This document shows, piece by piece, positions 1-11,935 of a stretch of 64,000 bases of DNA (within the stretch, counting starts at the first letter, position 1; the number at the start of each line of letters is the position of its first letter). The notes under the pieces are model-generated. The model was not told where the DNA came from and did no database searches. It saw only the letters and a program-made list of their open reading frames with translations. The position numbers and the translations under genes were made by a program. Source of the stretch: Terriglobia bacterium (lineage in GTDB: Bacteria; Acidobacteriota; Terriglobia; Terriglobales; SCQP01); contig JAJPKR010000012.1 in NCBI GenBank assembly GCA_021323595.1, positions 4,056 through 68,055 on the forward strand. The letters are read 5' to 3'.

Positions 1-620
1 ACCTGGAAGTGCCGATCCTCGACGGCAGCGGACTGCCGTTCGTGGAGATGATCGAACGGGCGCGGCCGCGGGCGCAGCGGCGGCGGCGCTGGGCGATGCG
101 GATCCTGCAGCCGCTGGAGCTGCGCGAAGGCAGCAAATTCATCGGCGTCTATCCGGCGCGCGGCTATCGGTTGGCCTACAGCATCAATTTTCCGCACCCG
201 GCGATCGGGCGGCAGACGTTCGAGCTGGAGCTGACGCCGGCCCGCTATCGGCAGGAACTGGCGCCGGCGCGCACCTTCGGCTTCCTCAAGGACGTGGAGG
301 CGATGCGGCGGCAGGGGCTGATTCGCGGCGGCTCGACGGAAAACGCGGTGGTGCTCGATGAGAGCCGGGTGGTCAACGGGCCGCTGCGCTTCGCCGACGA
401 GTTCGTGCGCCACAAGATGCTCGACCTGATCGGCGACCTGGCGCTGCTGGGCTATCCGCTGGAGGGTTTCGTGCGCGCGGACCGCGCCGGGCACGCCTTG
501 CACACGGCGCTGGTCAAGCGTCTGCTGCGCGAGCGCGAGCTGTGGGAGCTGGTGAGCTTGGAAGAGCCGGAGGCGGCAACGACGCGGGCGACGGCGCGCG
601 CGGCCCTCTCGGTATACTGA
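1..620 (+). CDS. lpxC: UDP-3-O-acyl-N-acetylglucosamine deacetylase, C-terminal ~2/3; the 5' end lies outside the window
   Basis: The reading frame is open to the window edge. It contains the LpxC signature [17 protein letters not shown] and the ENAVVLDE / [10 protein letters not shown] region. The 'M' at position 9 in the ORF track is only the first in-frame alternative start. Confidence 0.85.
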   Translation, partial: LEVPILDGSGLPFVEMIERARPRAQRRRRWAMRILQPLELREGSKFIGVYPARGYRLAYSINFPHPAIGRQTFELELTPARYRQELAPARTFGFLKDVEAMRRQGLIRGGSTENAVVLDESRVVNGPLRFADEFVRHKMLDLIGDLALLGYPLEGFVRADRAGHALHTALVKRLLRERELWELVSLEEPEAATTRATARAALSVY

Positions 621-636
621 GCGGAGGAGACCTCCC

Positions 637-1908
637 GTGAGCACGACGGCCCCGCTCGAGACGCTGGAATCGAATCCCTGGGAATCGCAGGAAGCGCGCT
701 TCAACCTGGCGGCGCAAAAGCTCAACCTCGACGAAGGGCTGTGGCGGGTGCTGCGGTATCCCACGCGCGAGATCACCCTGCACATTCCCGTGCAGATGGA
801 TGACGGGCGGGTCGAGGTTTTCACCGCCTACCGCGTGCAACATAGCGTCGCGCGCGGGCCGGGCAAGGGCGGCATTCGCTACGCGCCCGACGTCACCCTC
901 GACGAAGTGCGCGCGCTGGCCAGTTGGATGACCTGGAAGTGCGCCGTCGTCAACATTCCCTTCGGCGGCGCCAAGGGCGGCATCATCTGCGATCCGCGGT
1001 TGCTGTCGCAAGGCGAACTGGAGCGGCTCACCCGCCGCTACACGGCCGAGCTGATGGAGTTCATCGGGCCCGAACGCGACGTGCCTGCGCCCGACGTGAA
1101 CACCAACGAACAAGTGATGGCGTGGATCATGGATACCTATTCCATGCACGCGCGCCATACGGTGACGGCGGTGGTGACCGGCAAACCGCTGGACTTGGGC
1201 GGCTCGCGCGGGCGGCGCGAGGCCACCGGCCGCGGCTGCATGATCGTGTGCGACCAGGCGATCAAGAAGCTGGGGCTCGAGCGCAGCCGCACGCGCGTCA
1301 TCGTGCAAGGCTTCGGCAATGTCGGCGGCAACGCCGCGCAGTTGCTGGCGCGCGCCGGCTATCGGGTGGTCGGCATTGACGAATTCGACGGCGGCATCCA
1401 CAACCCCAAGGGCCTCGACATTCCCGCACTGGTCGAGTACCGCGCCGCCAACGGCACCTTGCAGGGCTTTCCCGGCGGCGAGGCAATCCCCCGCGCGGAG
1501 CTGCTGACCATGCCCTGCGATATCTTGCTGCCCGCCGCCACCGAGAACCAGATCACCACCCGCAACGCCGACCGCATCCAGGCCAAGATCGTCTGCGAAG
1601 GCGCCAACGGCCCCACCACCGCCGCCGCCGACGAAATCCTGCAGGACAAGAAGATTTTCGTCATTCCCGATATTTTGGCCAACGCCGGCGGCGTCACGGT
1701 TTCCTATTTCGAGTGGGTGCAGGATCGCCAGGGCTATTTCTGGAAGGAAGCCGAGGTCAACGATCAGTTGCAGCACATCATGGAAGCCAGCTTCCAAGAC
1801 GTCGTCGCCTACGCCGAGCGCCATCAAGTCAATAACCGCATCGCCGCCTATATGCTGGCCATAGACCGGGTGGCGTTCAGCATCAAGTTGCGCGGCATCT
1901 ACGCCTGA
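637..1908 (+). CDS. gdhA: NAD(P)-dependent glutamate dehydrogenase (Glu/Leu/Phe/Val dehydrogenase family)
   Basis: 423 aa. Catalytic-lysine motif FGGAKGGI and Rossmann motif VQGFGNVGG are present, with the typical C-terminal [18 protein letters not shown] start. Confidence 0.9.
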   Translation: MSTTAPLETLESNPWESQEARFNLAAQKLNLDEGLWRVLRYPTREITLHIPVQMDDGRVEVFTAYRVQHSVARGPGKGGIRYAPDVTLDEVRALASWMTWKCAVVNIPFGGAKGGIICDPRLLSQGELERLTRRYTAELMEFIGPERDVPAPDVNTNEQVMAWIMDTYSMHARHTVTAVVTGKPLDLGGSRGRREATGRGCMIVCDQAIKKLGLERSRTRVIVQGFGNVGGNAAQLLARAGYRVVGIDEFDGGIHNPKGLDIPALVEYRAANGTLQGFPGGEAIPRAELLTMPCDILLPAATENQITTRNADRIQAKIVCEGANGPTTAAADEILQDKKIFVIPDILANAGGVTVSYFEWVQDRQGYFWKEAEVNDQLQHIMEASFQDVVAYAERHQVNNRIAAYMLAIDRVAFSIKLRGIYA

Positions 1909-2012
1909 CGCGGCGCTCCGGCAGCGGAGATCGCGGGCCAAAGATCAGGCCGCCGGCGCCGCGGAGGCGGCCGCCGCCAGGGGGCGCGTCCAGGCCCTCC
2001 CTGCACTCGACC

Positions 2013-3182
2013 ATGGCCAAGGCCATCATCAAGGACCGCGCCGCGGCGCGGCTCCATGCCGGGCATCCCTGGGTCTATCGCAGCGACCTGCTCGGCTTCG
2101 AGGGCGCGGCGCCGGCGCCGCCCGCGCCGGTGATGCTGGCGGACCGCCGCGGACGCAGCCTGGGCTGGGCCGATTACAGTCCGCAGTCGCAGATTGCGCT
2201 GCGGCGGCTGACGGCGGCGGAGGCGGCGCCCGAGCCGACCTGGCTGGCCGAGCGGCTGCGCGCCGCGCTGGCCTATCGCCGCCGCTTTGTCGCCGACAGC
2301 GACGCTTACCGGTTGTGCGCCGGCGAAGCCGACGGCTTGCCGGGACTGGTGGTGGATCGTTACGGCGCCGCCGTCGCGCTGCAAACGCTGACCCCCGCCA
2401 TGGAGGCGCGCCAACCGGAGGTCGTGGCCTGGCTGGAAGCGGAGCTGGCGCCGGAAGTCATCGCCGAGCGCAATGACACCCGCTTACGCCAACTGGAAAG
2501 CCTCGCATCCCGCGCCGGGTTGCTGCGGGGAACCACGCCGCTGGCGCAGGCTCATATCAACGGCGTGCGGTTCGAATTCGATCTGCTGGCGGGGCAAAAG
2601 ACCGGCGGCTTTCTCGACCAGCGGCAGAACTGGGCCGCCGCGGCCGCTTACGCTCGCAGCGGCGGCACCGCGCTCGATGTCTTCACTTATCAGGGTGGAT
2701 TCGCGCTGCACCTCGCCCGCGCCGGCGCGCAGGTGACAGCGGCCGATCTATCCCGCCCGGCGCTCGAGCGCGCCGAGCGCAACGCCCTCGCCAACGGCTT
2801 CGATGGCGTCGAATGGATCGAAGCCAACGCCTTCGATTTGCTGCGCCACTACGATGAGAGCGGACGCAAGTTCGACGTCATCGTTCTCGACCCGCCCGGC
2901 TTCGCCCGCAATCGCGCCGCGCTCGCCGCCGCCGCCCGCGGCTACAAGGAAATCAACTTGCGTGCGCTGCGCTGTCTGCCCGCCGGCGGCATTCTCGTCA
3001 CCTGCTCCTGCTCCCATCTGCTCGGCGAAACCGCCTTTCTCGAGATCGTGCTCGCCGCCGCCGCCGATGCGGGGCGGGAGCTGGTGCTGCTGGAGCGCCG
3101 CACGCAGTCGCTCGATCACCCGGTCCTGCCCGCCATCTCCGAAACCCAATACCTGAAGTGCTTGCTCTTTCTCGTTCGCTAG
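2013..3182 (+). CDS. Class I SAM-dependent rRNA (cytosine-C5) methyltransferase, RlmI-like, with a PUA-like N-terminus
   Basis: 389 aa. N-terminal HPWVYRSDL, FLDQRQN, and VLDPPGFAR (motif IV-like) match my recollection of RlmI/YccW-type enzymes. Confidence 0.65.
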   Translation: MAKAIIKDRAAARLHAGHPWVYRSDLLGFEGAAPAPPAPVMLADRRGRSLGWADYSPQSQIALRRLTAAEAAPEPTWLAERLRAALAYRRRFVADSDAYRLCAGEADGLPGLVVDRYGAAVALQTLTPAMEARQPEVVAWLEAELAPEVIAERNDTRLRQLESLASRAGLLRGTTPLAQAHINGVRFEFDLLAGQKTGGFLDQRQNWAAAAAYARSGGTALDVFTYQGGFALHLARAGAQVTAADLSRPALERAERNALANGFDGVEWIEANAFDLLRHYDESGRKFDVIVLDPPGFARNRAALAAAARGYKEINLRALRCLPAGGILVTCSCSHLLGETAFLEIVLAAAADAGRELVLLERRTQSLDHPVLPAISETQYLKCLLFLVR

Positions 3183-3345
3183 CGCATCGGCCCGAACGAG
3201 CTCGCGCGGCTCTGGGGTCAGCGGTGGACGGCGTTGGCCGAAACCTACACTGGACGATCCTGATTGCGCCAGGAATCAGGCTGTTTGGCTGCCGAGATGG
3301 CCCGAAGCGTTCCTTTTATATTGTTGAAAACAAAGTAGAAAAATT

Positions 3346-3368
3346 TGTTGTCAAAATACTTGACAACA
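3346..3368. promoter_or_regulatory. Perfect inverted repeat TGTTGTCAA-AATAC-TTGACAACA, a candidate operator overlapping the -35 of the hsp20 promoter
   Basis: Read directly: the left arm is 3346-3354 and the right arm is 3360-3368, giving 9/9 complementary positions. The repeat lies in an AT-rich island within otherwise GC-rich DNA. Confidence 0.5.
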
Positions 3369-3389
3369 TGACTATCAAATGAATATTAT
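3360..3389 (+). promoter_or_regulatory. Sigma70-like promoter of hsp20(-clpB): TTGACA, 18 nt spacer, TATTAT
   Basis: TTGACA lies at 3360-3365 and TATTAT at 3384-3389 (or ATATTA with a 17-nt spacer). A GGAGG ribosome-binding site at 3416-3420 sits 10 nt before the ATG at 3431. Confidence 0.5.
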
Positions 3390-3430
3390 TTAGTTGCAGT
3401 CAGATTTTTCCCGATGGAGGTAAATCACTG

Positions 3431-3859
3431 ATGACGACCTTGGCTTTTCCCTTGAAGACCTGGCAGGAGCAGGTGAACGAGTTTTTAGAGCAGGCGTTTC
3501 CGGCGTTGAGCGACGGCGTGCAAGCCGATTGGGCGCCGCGCGCGGCGATTTATGAAGACGATCAGCAACTGATGCTCGAACTCGATGTGCCCGGCGTCAG
3601 GCAGGAGGACCTCGAGATTCGCGTCGAGAAGGGGCAACTGCTGGTCCGCGGCGAGCGCAAGCCGACGGCGGCCATGGAGAACTACCGCCGTGTGGAGCAC
3701 CGCTACGGCACGTTCACGCGCGCGTTCTCGCTGCCCGAGTTCGTCAACCAGGAAGGGGTGACGGCGGAGCTGAAGAACGGCGTGCTGGCGATCGCCCTGC
3801 CGAAGCGGGACGAGACCAAGCCGCGCACGGTGACGGTGCGCGTCAACGAGAGCAAGTAA
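3431..3859 (+). CDS. Hsp20/alpha-crystallin family small heat-shock protein
   Basis: 142 aa with an alpha-crystallin domain pattern (ELDVPGV...E..I.V....L.V.GER, C-terminal GVLAIALPK). A strong SD and promoter lie upstream. Confidence 0.9.
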   Translation: MTTLAFPLKTWQEQVNEFLEQAFPALSDGVQADWAPRAAIYEDDQQLMLELDVPGVRQEDLEIRVEKGQLLVRGERKPTAAMENYRRVEHRYGTFTRAFSLPEFVNQEGVTAELKNGVLAIALPKRDETKPRTVTVRVNESK

Positions 3860-3884
3860 GGCCTACCATTATTGAGGAAGGGGA

Positions 3885-3910
3885 GGGGCGGCGGCAGCGT
3901 TCGCCGCCCC
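3885..3910 (+). promoter_or_regulatory. 9-bp all-GC hairpin (GGGGCGGCG, 8-nt loop, CGCCGCCCC) between hsp20 and clpB
   Basis: Read directly. A GGAGG at 3882-3886 abuts the stem base. The stem ends 9 nt before the clpB ATG at 3920 and is followed by GTGTGCTTT. Confidence 0.4.
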
Positions 3911-3919
3911 GTGTGCTTT

Positions 3920-6550
<2,631 letters not shown>

Positions 6551-6781
6551 GCGCGCGGCGCGCCGCCCCGTCCCGGCGCTTTGCTCCCGGCAAGAAGCCG
6601 AGCGCCGTGCTCGAAACGCGCGCCCGCTAGCGCGCGAGGGGCGAGGGCGGCCGCCCGAGGGCGCCCGAAGCGCGCGGGAAGGCGCCGCCGCGGGGCGGCG
6701 GCGATCGCCGGCGCGCATCCTGCGGCTGCGGAAAGCATCCAACGGGCGGGAGATAATTGAGGAAAGAGACGAGCATGCCGC

Positions 6782-7624
6782 ATGCAAATCCTTAAGACAA
6801 CGCTTCTGCTGACGCTATTGACGGTGGTGTTCCTGCTCATCGGCAATTGGCTGGGCGGCGAGACCGGGGTGGTGATCGCGCTGGTGCTGGCGGCGGCGAT
6901 GAACTTCGGCGCGTACTTTTATTCCGACAAGATCGCGCTGGCGACCTACAGCGCGCAGCCGGTGAGCCGCGAGGAGCTGCCTCGCGTTTATCGCATTCTC
7001 GACGGGCTTACCGCACGCGAGAACCTGCCGATGCCGAAGGTCTACGTGATTCCGACCGACTCGCCCAATGCTTTCGCCACGGGCCGGAACCCGCAGCATG
7101 CGTCGGTGGCGGTGACGCAAGGCATTCTCAATCTGCTCGACGACGAGGAGCTGCAAGGCGTGCTCGGCCACGAACTCGGCCACGTGCGCAACCGCGACAT
7201 CCTGATCAGCTCGATCGCGGCGACCATCGCCGGCGCGATCATGCTGCTAGCGCGCTTCGCCGGCTGGGCGGCGCTGTTCGGCGGCGAGCGCGACGAGGAG
7301 GGCGGCGCGCTGGGCGCGCTGGCGCTGATGATCGTGGCCCCGATCGCGGCGATGCTGATCCAGCTCGCCATTTCGCGGTCGCGGGAATACGCGGCCGACG
7401 CCAGCGGCGCGCAATGGACGGGAAATCCGGCGGCGCTGGCGCGTGCGCTGGAAAAGCTGGAAGCGTATGCGCAGCGGCGGCCGCTGCTGGCGACACCTTC
7501 GACGGCGCACCTCTTCATCATCCAGCCGAGCACGCGCGCATGGCTGGCCAACCTATTCTCCACGCACCCGCCGATCCCCAAGCGCATCGAGCGGCTCATC
7601 GGCCGCTCGGCGGTGAATTACTAA
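6782..7624 (+). CDS. htpX: Membrane zinc metalloprotease HtpX (peptidase M48)
   Basis: 280 aa with N-terminal transmembrane helices, the HELGHVRNRD zinc motif, and the C-terminal STHPPIPKRI motif typical of HtpX. Confidence 0.9.
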   Translation: MQILKTTLLLTLLTVVFLLIGNWLGGETGVVIALVLAAAMNFGAYFYSDKIALATYSAQPVSREELPRVYRILDGLTARENLPMPKVYVIPTDSPNAFATGRNPQHASVAVTQGILNLLDDEELQGVLGHELGHVRNRDILISSIAATIAGAIMLLARFAGWAALFGGERDEEGGALGALALMIVAPIAAMLIQLAISRSREYAADASGAQWTGNPAALARALEKLEAYAQRRPLLATPSTAHLFIIQPSTRAWLANLFSTHPPIPKRIERLIGRSAVNY

Positions 7625-7650
7625 GAGCGGGCCAGGGGATCGCGGGCGAA

Positions 7651-7676
7651 GCGCGGCGGCGCCGCGCCTAAGTTTT
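7651..7676 (+). terminator. Possible intrinsic terminator after htpX, in a convergent gap
   Basis: GCGCGGCG / CGCCGCGC complementary arms at 7651-7667 are followed by CTAAGTTTT. The loop is tiny and the T-run short, so the call is weak. Confidence 0.3.
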
Positions 7677-7969
7677 CAGTAGCGCCGGCCGCCAAAGCCG
7701 CCGCGGCCGCCGCTGGCGCGCTCGGTCTTGGGGCGGGCTTCATTGACGTTGAGCTTGCGCCCGCCGAAATCGGCGCCATTGAGCGCGGCGATGGCCTTCT
7801 CGCCGTCGGCGTCGTTGGTCATTTCGACAAAGGCGAAGCCACGGGAGCGCCCGGTGTCGCGATCGGTCATGATGCTCACCCGGTCGACGGAACCGTATTG
7901 CTCGAACAAACCGCGCAGATCAGCTTCGGTCGTGCTGAATGACAAGTTGCCAACAAAAATGTTTTTCAA
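7676..7969 (-). CDS. RRM-type RNA-binding protein with a Gly/Arg-rich tail
   Basis: 97 aa. RNP2 is IFVGNL and RNP1 is RGFAFVEM. The C-terminus reads GGRGGFGGRRY. Confidence 0.9.
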   Translation of the reverse strand: MKNIFVGNLSFSTTEADLRGLFEQYGSVDRVSIMTDRDTGRSRGFAFVEMTNDADGEKAIAALNGADFGGRKLNVNEARPKTERASGGRGGFGGRRY

Positions 7970-8316
7970 GCGGAAACCCCTCGGAGAAGCGTGCTATCTG
8001 AACGGGATGCTGATCTGGAGAAATAGGCAGGAGCGAACCGCGGACATGCGGGCAGGCTGTTCTCTATCCTGAGCGGCGGACCTTCAGACGCAGCGCCAGT
8101 ATAGCACAGCACCTATCGCGAGGACGGCCCATCGGGGTGGTAGCCGCGGCGCTCTCGCCTTTGGGCTCCGGCCGCACGCGCCTCCCGGCTCCGCCCGCCG
8201 CGCGGCCTCCCCGGCCCGCTGCCGGCGGCTCTTGCCGGGCCCCCGGAACCAGGCTTGCCTGGGCAGGCGCGGCTTCGGCGCCCACAGGTTGCCGCCGGGA
8301 GTATGATTTTGGGGCC

Positions 8317-9447
8317 ATGTCACGCTTGCTTCTCAGTGTCCTAGCCCTATCTCTTTTCTTATCCGCGCAGGATGGGGTCACACTACTGCTCCAGCGACTC
8401 ACCGACGCGCCCGGCCCCTCCGGCTTCGAAGAGCCGGTGCGCAAGATCATGGTGGCGGAGATGCAGCCCTATGCCGCCGGCATCCGCTATGACGGCCTGG
8501 GTTCGGTGATCGCGCGGCAGGGAACGGCGGGCCCGCGCATCATGATTGACGCGCACATGGACGAACTCGGCGGCATGATTCGCCGGATCCGTCCCGACGG
8601 CTTCCTCTCGATGCAGATGCTGGGCGGCTGGCTGGATCAAGCGCTGCCCGATCAGCGCTGGGTCATTATCGGCTCGAAAGGCCCGGTGCCGGCGGTCACG
8701 ACGATTTGGGATGCGCACATCACGCCGGCGGAGGAGCGCGCGCGGGTGATCCCGCGCGAGGCGATTTTTCTGGATGCCGGCGCGCGCACCGCGGCGGAGG
8801 CGCGGGCGCTAGGGATCGAGCCGGGAGATCCGGTGGCGCCGGTTTCGCCGTTCGAGATCATGGCGGGCGGCCGCCGCTATGTGGCCAAGGCCTGGGACGA
8901 CCGCGTGGGCTGCGCGGTCATGATCGAGATGATGCGGCGTCTGGCGGCGGCGGGCTCGCATCCCAACCAGCTTTTCTATGCCGCCACGGTGCAGGAGGAG
9001 ATCGGCCTGCGCGGCGCGCAGACGGCCAGCGAGGTGATCCGCCCCGATCTCGGCTTGGCGCTCGAGGTGGGGATCGCCAAGGATGTGCCGGGCACCGATC
9101 CCGAGCGCGCGCAAGAGGTGCTCGGCGGCGGTCCCGGGCTGTTTCTCTACGACACCAGCGAGCTGCCGAACCGCAAGTTGGCGGCCTTCGTGCGGCAAGT
9201 GGCGGCGGAGAGCCATATTCCCTTGCAGACCGATCTGGTCGCCGGCTACGGCGACGATTCCGCGGAGATTCAGAAGAGCAACGGCGGCGTGCCCACGGTC
9301 AATCTGGTGATTCCGACGCGCTACACGCACGCGCATAACGGCATGATTTCGCGCGCCGACTTCGATCGCATGGTGGATTTGATGGTCGCGCTGGTCGAGC
9401 GTCTGGACGCGCCCACGGTGGCGCGCATCCGCTCATTCGCGCCGTAA
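8317..9447 (+). CDS. Secreted M42 family aminopeptidase (glutamyl aminopeptidase / FrvX-like)
   Basis: Motifs IDAHMDELGGMI, WDDRVGC and QEEIGLRGA are present. The start was moved to the internal ATG at 8317, which yields a signal-peptide-like MSRLLLSVLALSLFLSAQ. The 60 upstream codons of the track ORF are Arg/Pro/Ala-rich and look non-coding. Confidence 0.8.
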   Translation: MSRLLLSVLALSLFLSAQDGVTLLLQRLTDAPGPSGFEEPVRKIMVAEMQPYAAGIRYDGLGSVIARQGTAGPRIMIDAHMDELGGMIRRIRPDGFLSMQMLGGWLDQALPDQRWVIIGSKGPVPAVTTIWDAHITPAEERARVIPREAIFLDAGARTAAEARALGIEPGDPVAPVSPFEIMAGGRRYVAKAWDDRVGCAVMIEMMRRLAAAGSHPNQLFYAATVQEEIGLRGAQTASEVIRPDLGLALEVGIAKDVPGTDPERAQEVLGGGPGLFLYDTSELPNRKLAAFVRQVAAESHIPLQTDLVAGYGDDSAEIQKSNGGVPTVNLVIPTRYTHAHNGMISRADFDRMVDLMVALVERLDAPTVARIRSFAP

Positions 9448-9547
9448 GCGGGCCGGCCGCCGGCGCGGCGCGCGCCGGACGCCGCCGCCGATCGTGTCGT
9501 CCGCGCTCGCGATCGCCGGACCCCGGCACCTGATGTAGCCTCCGCGT

Positions 9548-10345
9548 ATGGCTCACGCCTATATTCATGGCACCGCCGCCCCCGAGCAGGAGCGGCTGGC
9601 GCGGCTGAACGAACTGACGAACGCGCCGTTTCTCGAGTTTCTGGCCTGCCGCGCGGGGGAGCGCGTGCTGGAAGTCGGCAGCGGCCTGGGCATTTTGGCG
9701 GCGCAAGCGGCGGCGCGGGCGGCGCCGGGAATGCTGGTGGGGCTGGAGCGGGCTCGCGAACAGCTTGCGGCGGCGCGCCGCCTGGTGGCGAGCGGCCGGC
9801 CGCGGCTGTATTTCTGCGGCGGCGACGCGCGGGCGCTGCCCTTCGCCGGCGGGACCTTCGATCTCGTCTACGCGCGCTACTTGCTCGAGCACGTCGCCGA
9901 TCCCGCCGGCGCGCTGCGCGAGATGCGGCGCGTGCTGCGCGCGGGCGGGCGGCTGTGCGTGCAAGAGAACGACAACTTCGCGCTCAAGTTCGATCCGCCG
10001 TGCCCGCGCTTCGCGCGCGTCTGGCGCCGCTTTTGCGCCTTGCAGCGGCGGCTGGGCGGCGATCCAGCGATCGGCAAGAAACTGTTCCGGCTCCTGCGGG
10101 CGGCCGGCTTCACGCGCGTCGCGGTAAGCCTGCAGCCGGAGACTTATGCCGCCGGCTCGGCTGCCTTTGTTCCCTGGGTCGCCAACTTCATCGCCTTGGT
10201 GCGGCCGGTGGGCGGCGCGCTGGCGGCAGCCGGGCTGGCGACGGCGGAGGAGGTGGAAGCCGGTTGCCGGGAATTGGAGCGCTTCCTCGCGCGCCCCGAC
10301 GCCACCGTGATTTTCTATTGGAACCGCGCCTGTGCGCAAAACTAG
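9548..10345 (+). CDS. Class I SAM-dependent methyltransferase, substrate unknown
   Basis: 265 aa with motif I VLEVGSGLG and motif post-II FDLVYARYLLEHV. Confidence 0.75.
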   Translation: MAHAYIHGTAAPEQERLARLNELTNAPFLEFLACRAGERVLEVGSGLGILAAQAAARAAPGMLVGLERAREQLAAARRLVASGRPRLYFCGGDARALPFAGGTFDLVYARYLLEHVADPAGALREMRRVLRAGGRLCVQENDNFALKFDPPCPRFARVWRRFCALQRRLGGDPAIGKKLFRLLRAAGFTRVAVSLQPETYAAGSAAFVPWVANFIALVRPVGGALAAAGLATAEEVEAGCRELERFLARPDATVIFYWNRACAQN

Positions 10346-11672
10346 CCGTTCTCGGCATCATCCCGCTGGGCGCCCGCGCTGTATCCGCGGCTTGCGGCTT
10401 GCCGGCTCGCGTCTGACAGTTAGAGTTTCCGCCGCCGACGGTTCGGCGGCGATTCGTCCATGCGAACCTAGAGGCTTGGCCGCCCGCGCCCCAATCTCCG
10501 CCGCCGATGCCGCTGCGCCGCAGCCGGGCCCGATTCTGCTGCTGAGCTGGGCGCATTTTCTCAACGACGGCGCGGCCAACTATCTCCCCGGCGTTTTGCC
10601 CGCGGTGCTGGTGGCGCTGGGGTTGCCGGTCGGCTATGCCGGCGTGCTGATGGGCGTGCTGATCGCCGGGCAGGCGCTTCAGCCGGTCGTGGGAGCGCTG
10701 GCCGACCGCCACGGCGGCCGGGTTCTGCTGGTGGGCGGCCTGGGCGCGGCGACGCTGGCTGCGGCCTCGGTGGGCGTGGCGCCCAATCTCGCCTGGCTGC
10801 TGGTCGCGCTCGCGTTCACCGGCCTGGGCAATGCCTGCTTTCATCCGCCGGCGATGGCCGGCGCCCGCCGGCTGGCGCGGGGCACGGGGGAGCGCGCTCT
10901 CTCGGTTTTTTCCGTCGGCGGCGAGCTGGGGCGCGGCCTCTGGCCGCTCGTGGCAAGTCTGCTGGTCGCGGCCCGCGGCCTTTCCGCCCTGTGGCTGCTG
11001 GCGCTGCCCGGCGTCCTGACGCTGCCGTCGTTGTGGCGGCGCGCGTCGGCGCCGCCGCGCCGCGCCGAACCGGTTGCGGCGTTCGGCGAGATGCGGCGCG
11101 CCGGCGGTTCCCTGGCGGCGCTGGTCGGCTATTCGGCGCTGCGCAGCGTGCTGATCATCGCCGTCACTACCTTCGTGCCCCTGCTGTGGCAGGCGCGCGG
11201 CGGCAGCCTGGTGGGCGGAGCCGGTCTGATCACGGTGATGCTCGTCGTCGGCGTCGGCGGCAATTACGGCGGCGCGCTGCTGGCCGCGCGCGCGGGCCGC
11301 CGCCGGGTGGTGGCGGGCGCGAGCGCCGCCGCCTGCCTGCTGTTGGTGTCGTTCTTGCGCTCGACGGGCCTGGCAGCGTGGCTGGCAATTGCCGGCTTCG
11401 GGGTCGCGGCCTTCGCGACCTTGCCGCTGACGATCGTGATGGGGCAGGACCTGCTGCCGCGCGCTACATCTCTCGCTTCTGGGCTCGCGCTCGGCTTCGC
11501 CAATTCGTTGGGGGCGCTGGGGGTCGCGGTGCTGGGACTCGGCGCCGCGCATTGGGGCGCTCGCGGCGAGCTTTGGGCCGCGGAGTTCGCCGGCCTGTGC
11601 GCCCTGGCGCTTGCCTTTGCGCTGCCCGCGGCATCGCCCGCCCCGCCGCTTCCCGGCGGCGCCTCGCGCTAG
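10332..11672 (+). CDS. MFS transporter; start codon uncertain
   Basis: About 12 hydrophobic segments begin at LLLSWAHFLNDGAANYLPGVLP. The first ~55 codons of the track ORF are Arg-rich, so the true start is probably an internal non-ATG codon. Confidence 0.7.
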   Translation: MRKTSRSRHHPAGRPRCIRGLRLAGSRLTVRVSAADGSAAIRPCEPRGLAARAPISAADAAAPQPGPILLLSWAHFLNDGAANYLPGVLPAVLVALGLPVGYAGVLMGVLIAGQALQPVVGALADRHGGRVLLVGGLGAATLAAASVGVAPNLAWLLVALAFTGLGNACFHPPAMAGARRLARGTGERALSVFSVGGELGRGLWPLVASLLVAARGLSALWLLALPGVLTLPSLWRRASAPPRRAEPVAAFGEMRRAGGSLAALVGYSALRSVLIIAVTTFVPLLWQARGGSLVGGAGLITVMLVVGVGGNYGGALLAARAGRRRVVAGASAAACLLLVSFLRSTGLAAWLAIAGFGVAAFATLPLTIVMGQDLLPRATSLASGLALGFANSLGALGVAVLGLGAAHWGARGELWAAEFAGLCALALAFALPAASPAPPLPGGASR

Positions 11673-11935
11673 GCGCGAGCGCCGTCGCGCCGCGCGTTCG
11701 CCGCCCTGCCATTCCCGCTCGCCAGCCGTGCACTGCTCGGCCGCGGCCGGTGCGCTGGGTGCATCTGCCTCACTCGCAAGGACATATCTCGATCACGCCC
11801 GGCCGCCTCGCGAACCGCGGCGGCGGCTGCGATCGCTTCCGGATCCGCCCTCCGGCGCAGGCTGGCACGCGACGCGGCATCCGCTGCTGCCGGGCACGCC
11901 GCGCCGTGCGCGGAACCTAACGTTATTCTGGGGTC

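Noticed and set aside
514-1941. A 475-aa minus-strand ORF opposite gdhA. Similar long antisense ORFs occur at 4715-6787 (opposite clpB), 14610-16529 (htrA), 25706-27310 (treS), 33391-35058 (the envelope fusion gene), 40489-42669 (fadE/fadA), 43813-45774 (fadN), 10188-11552 (MFS), 16818-18347 (aldehyde dehydrogenase) and 20209-21798 (dnaJ).
   Set aside because: Each is a mirror image of a gene with strong family motifs. Their translations are Arg/Gly/Ala/His-rich, and they lack motifs, SDs or sensible N-termini. They are GC-driven antisense artefacts.
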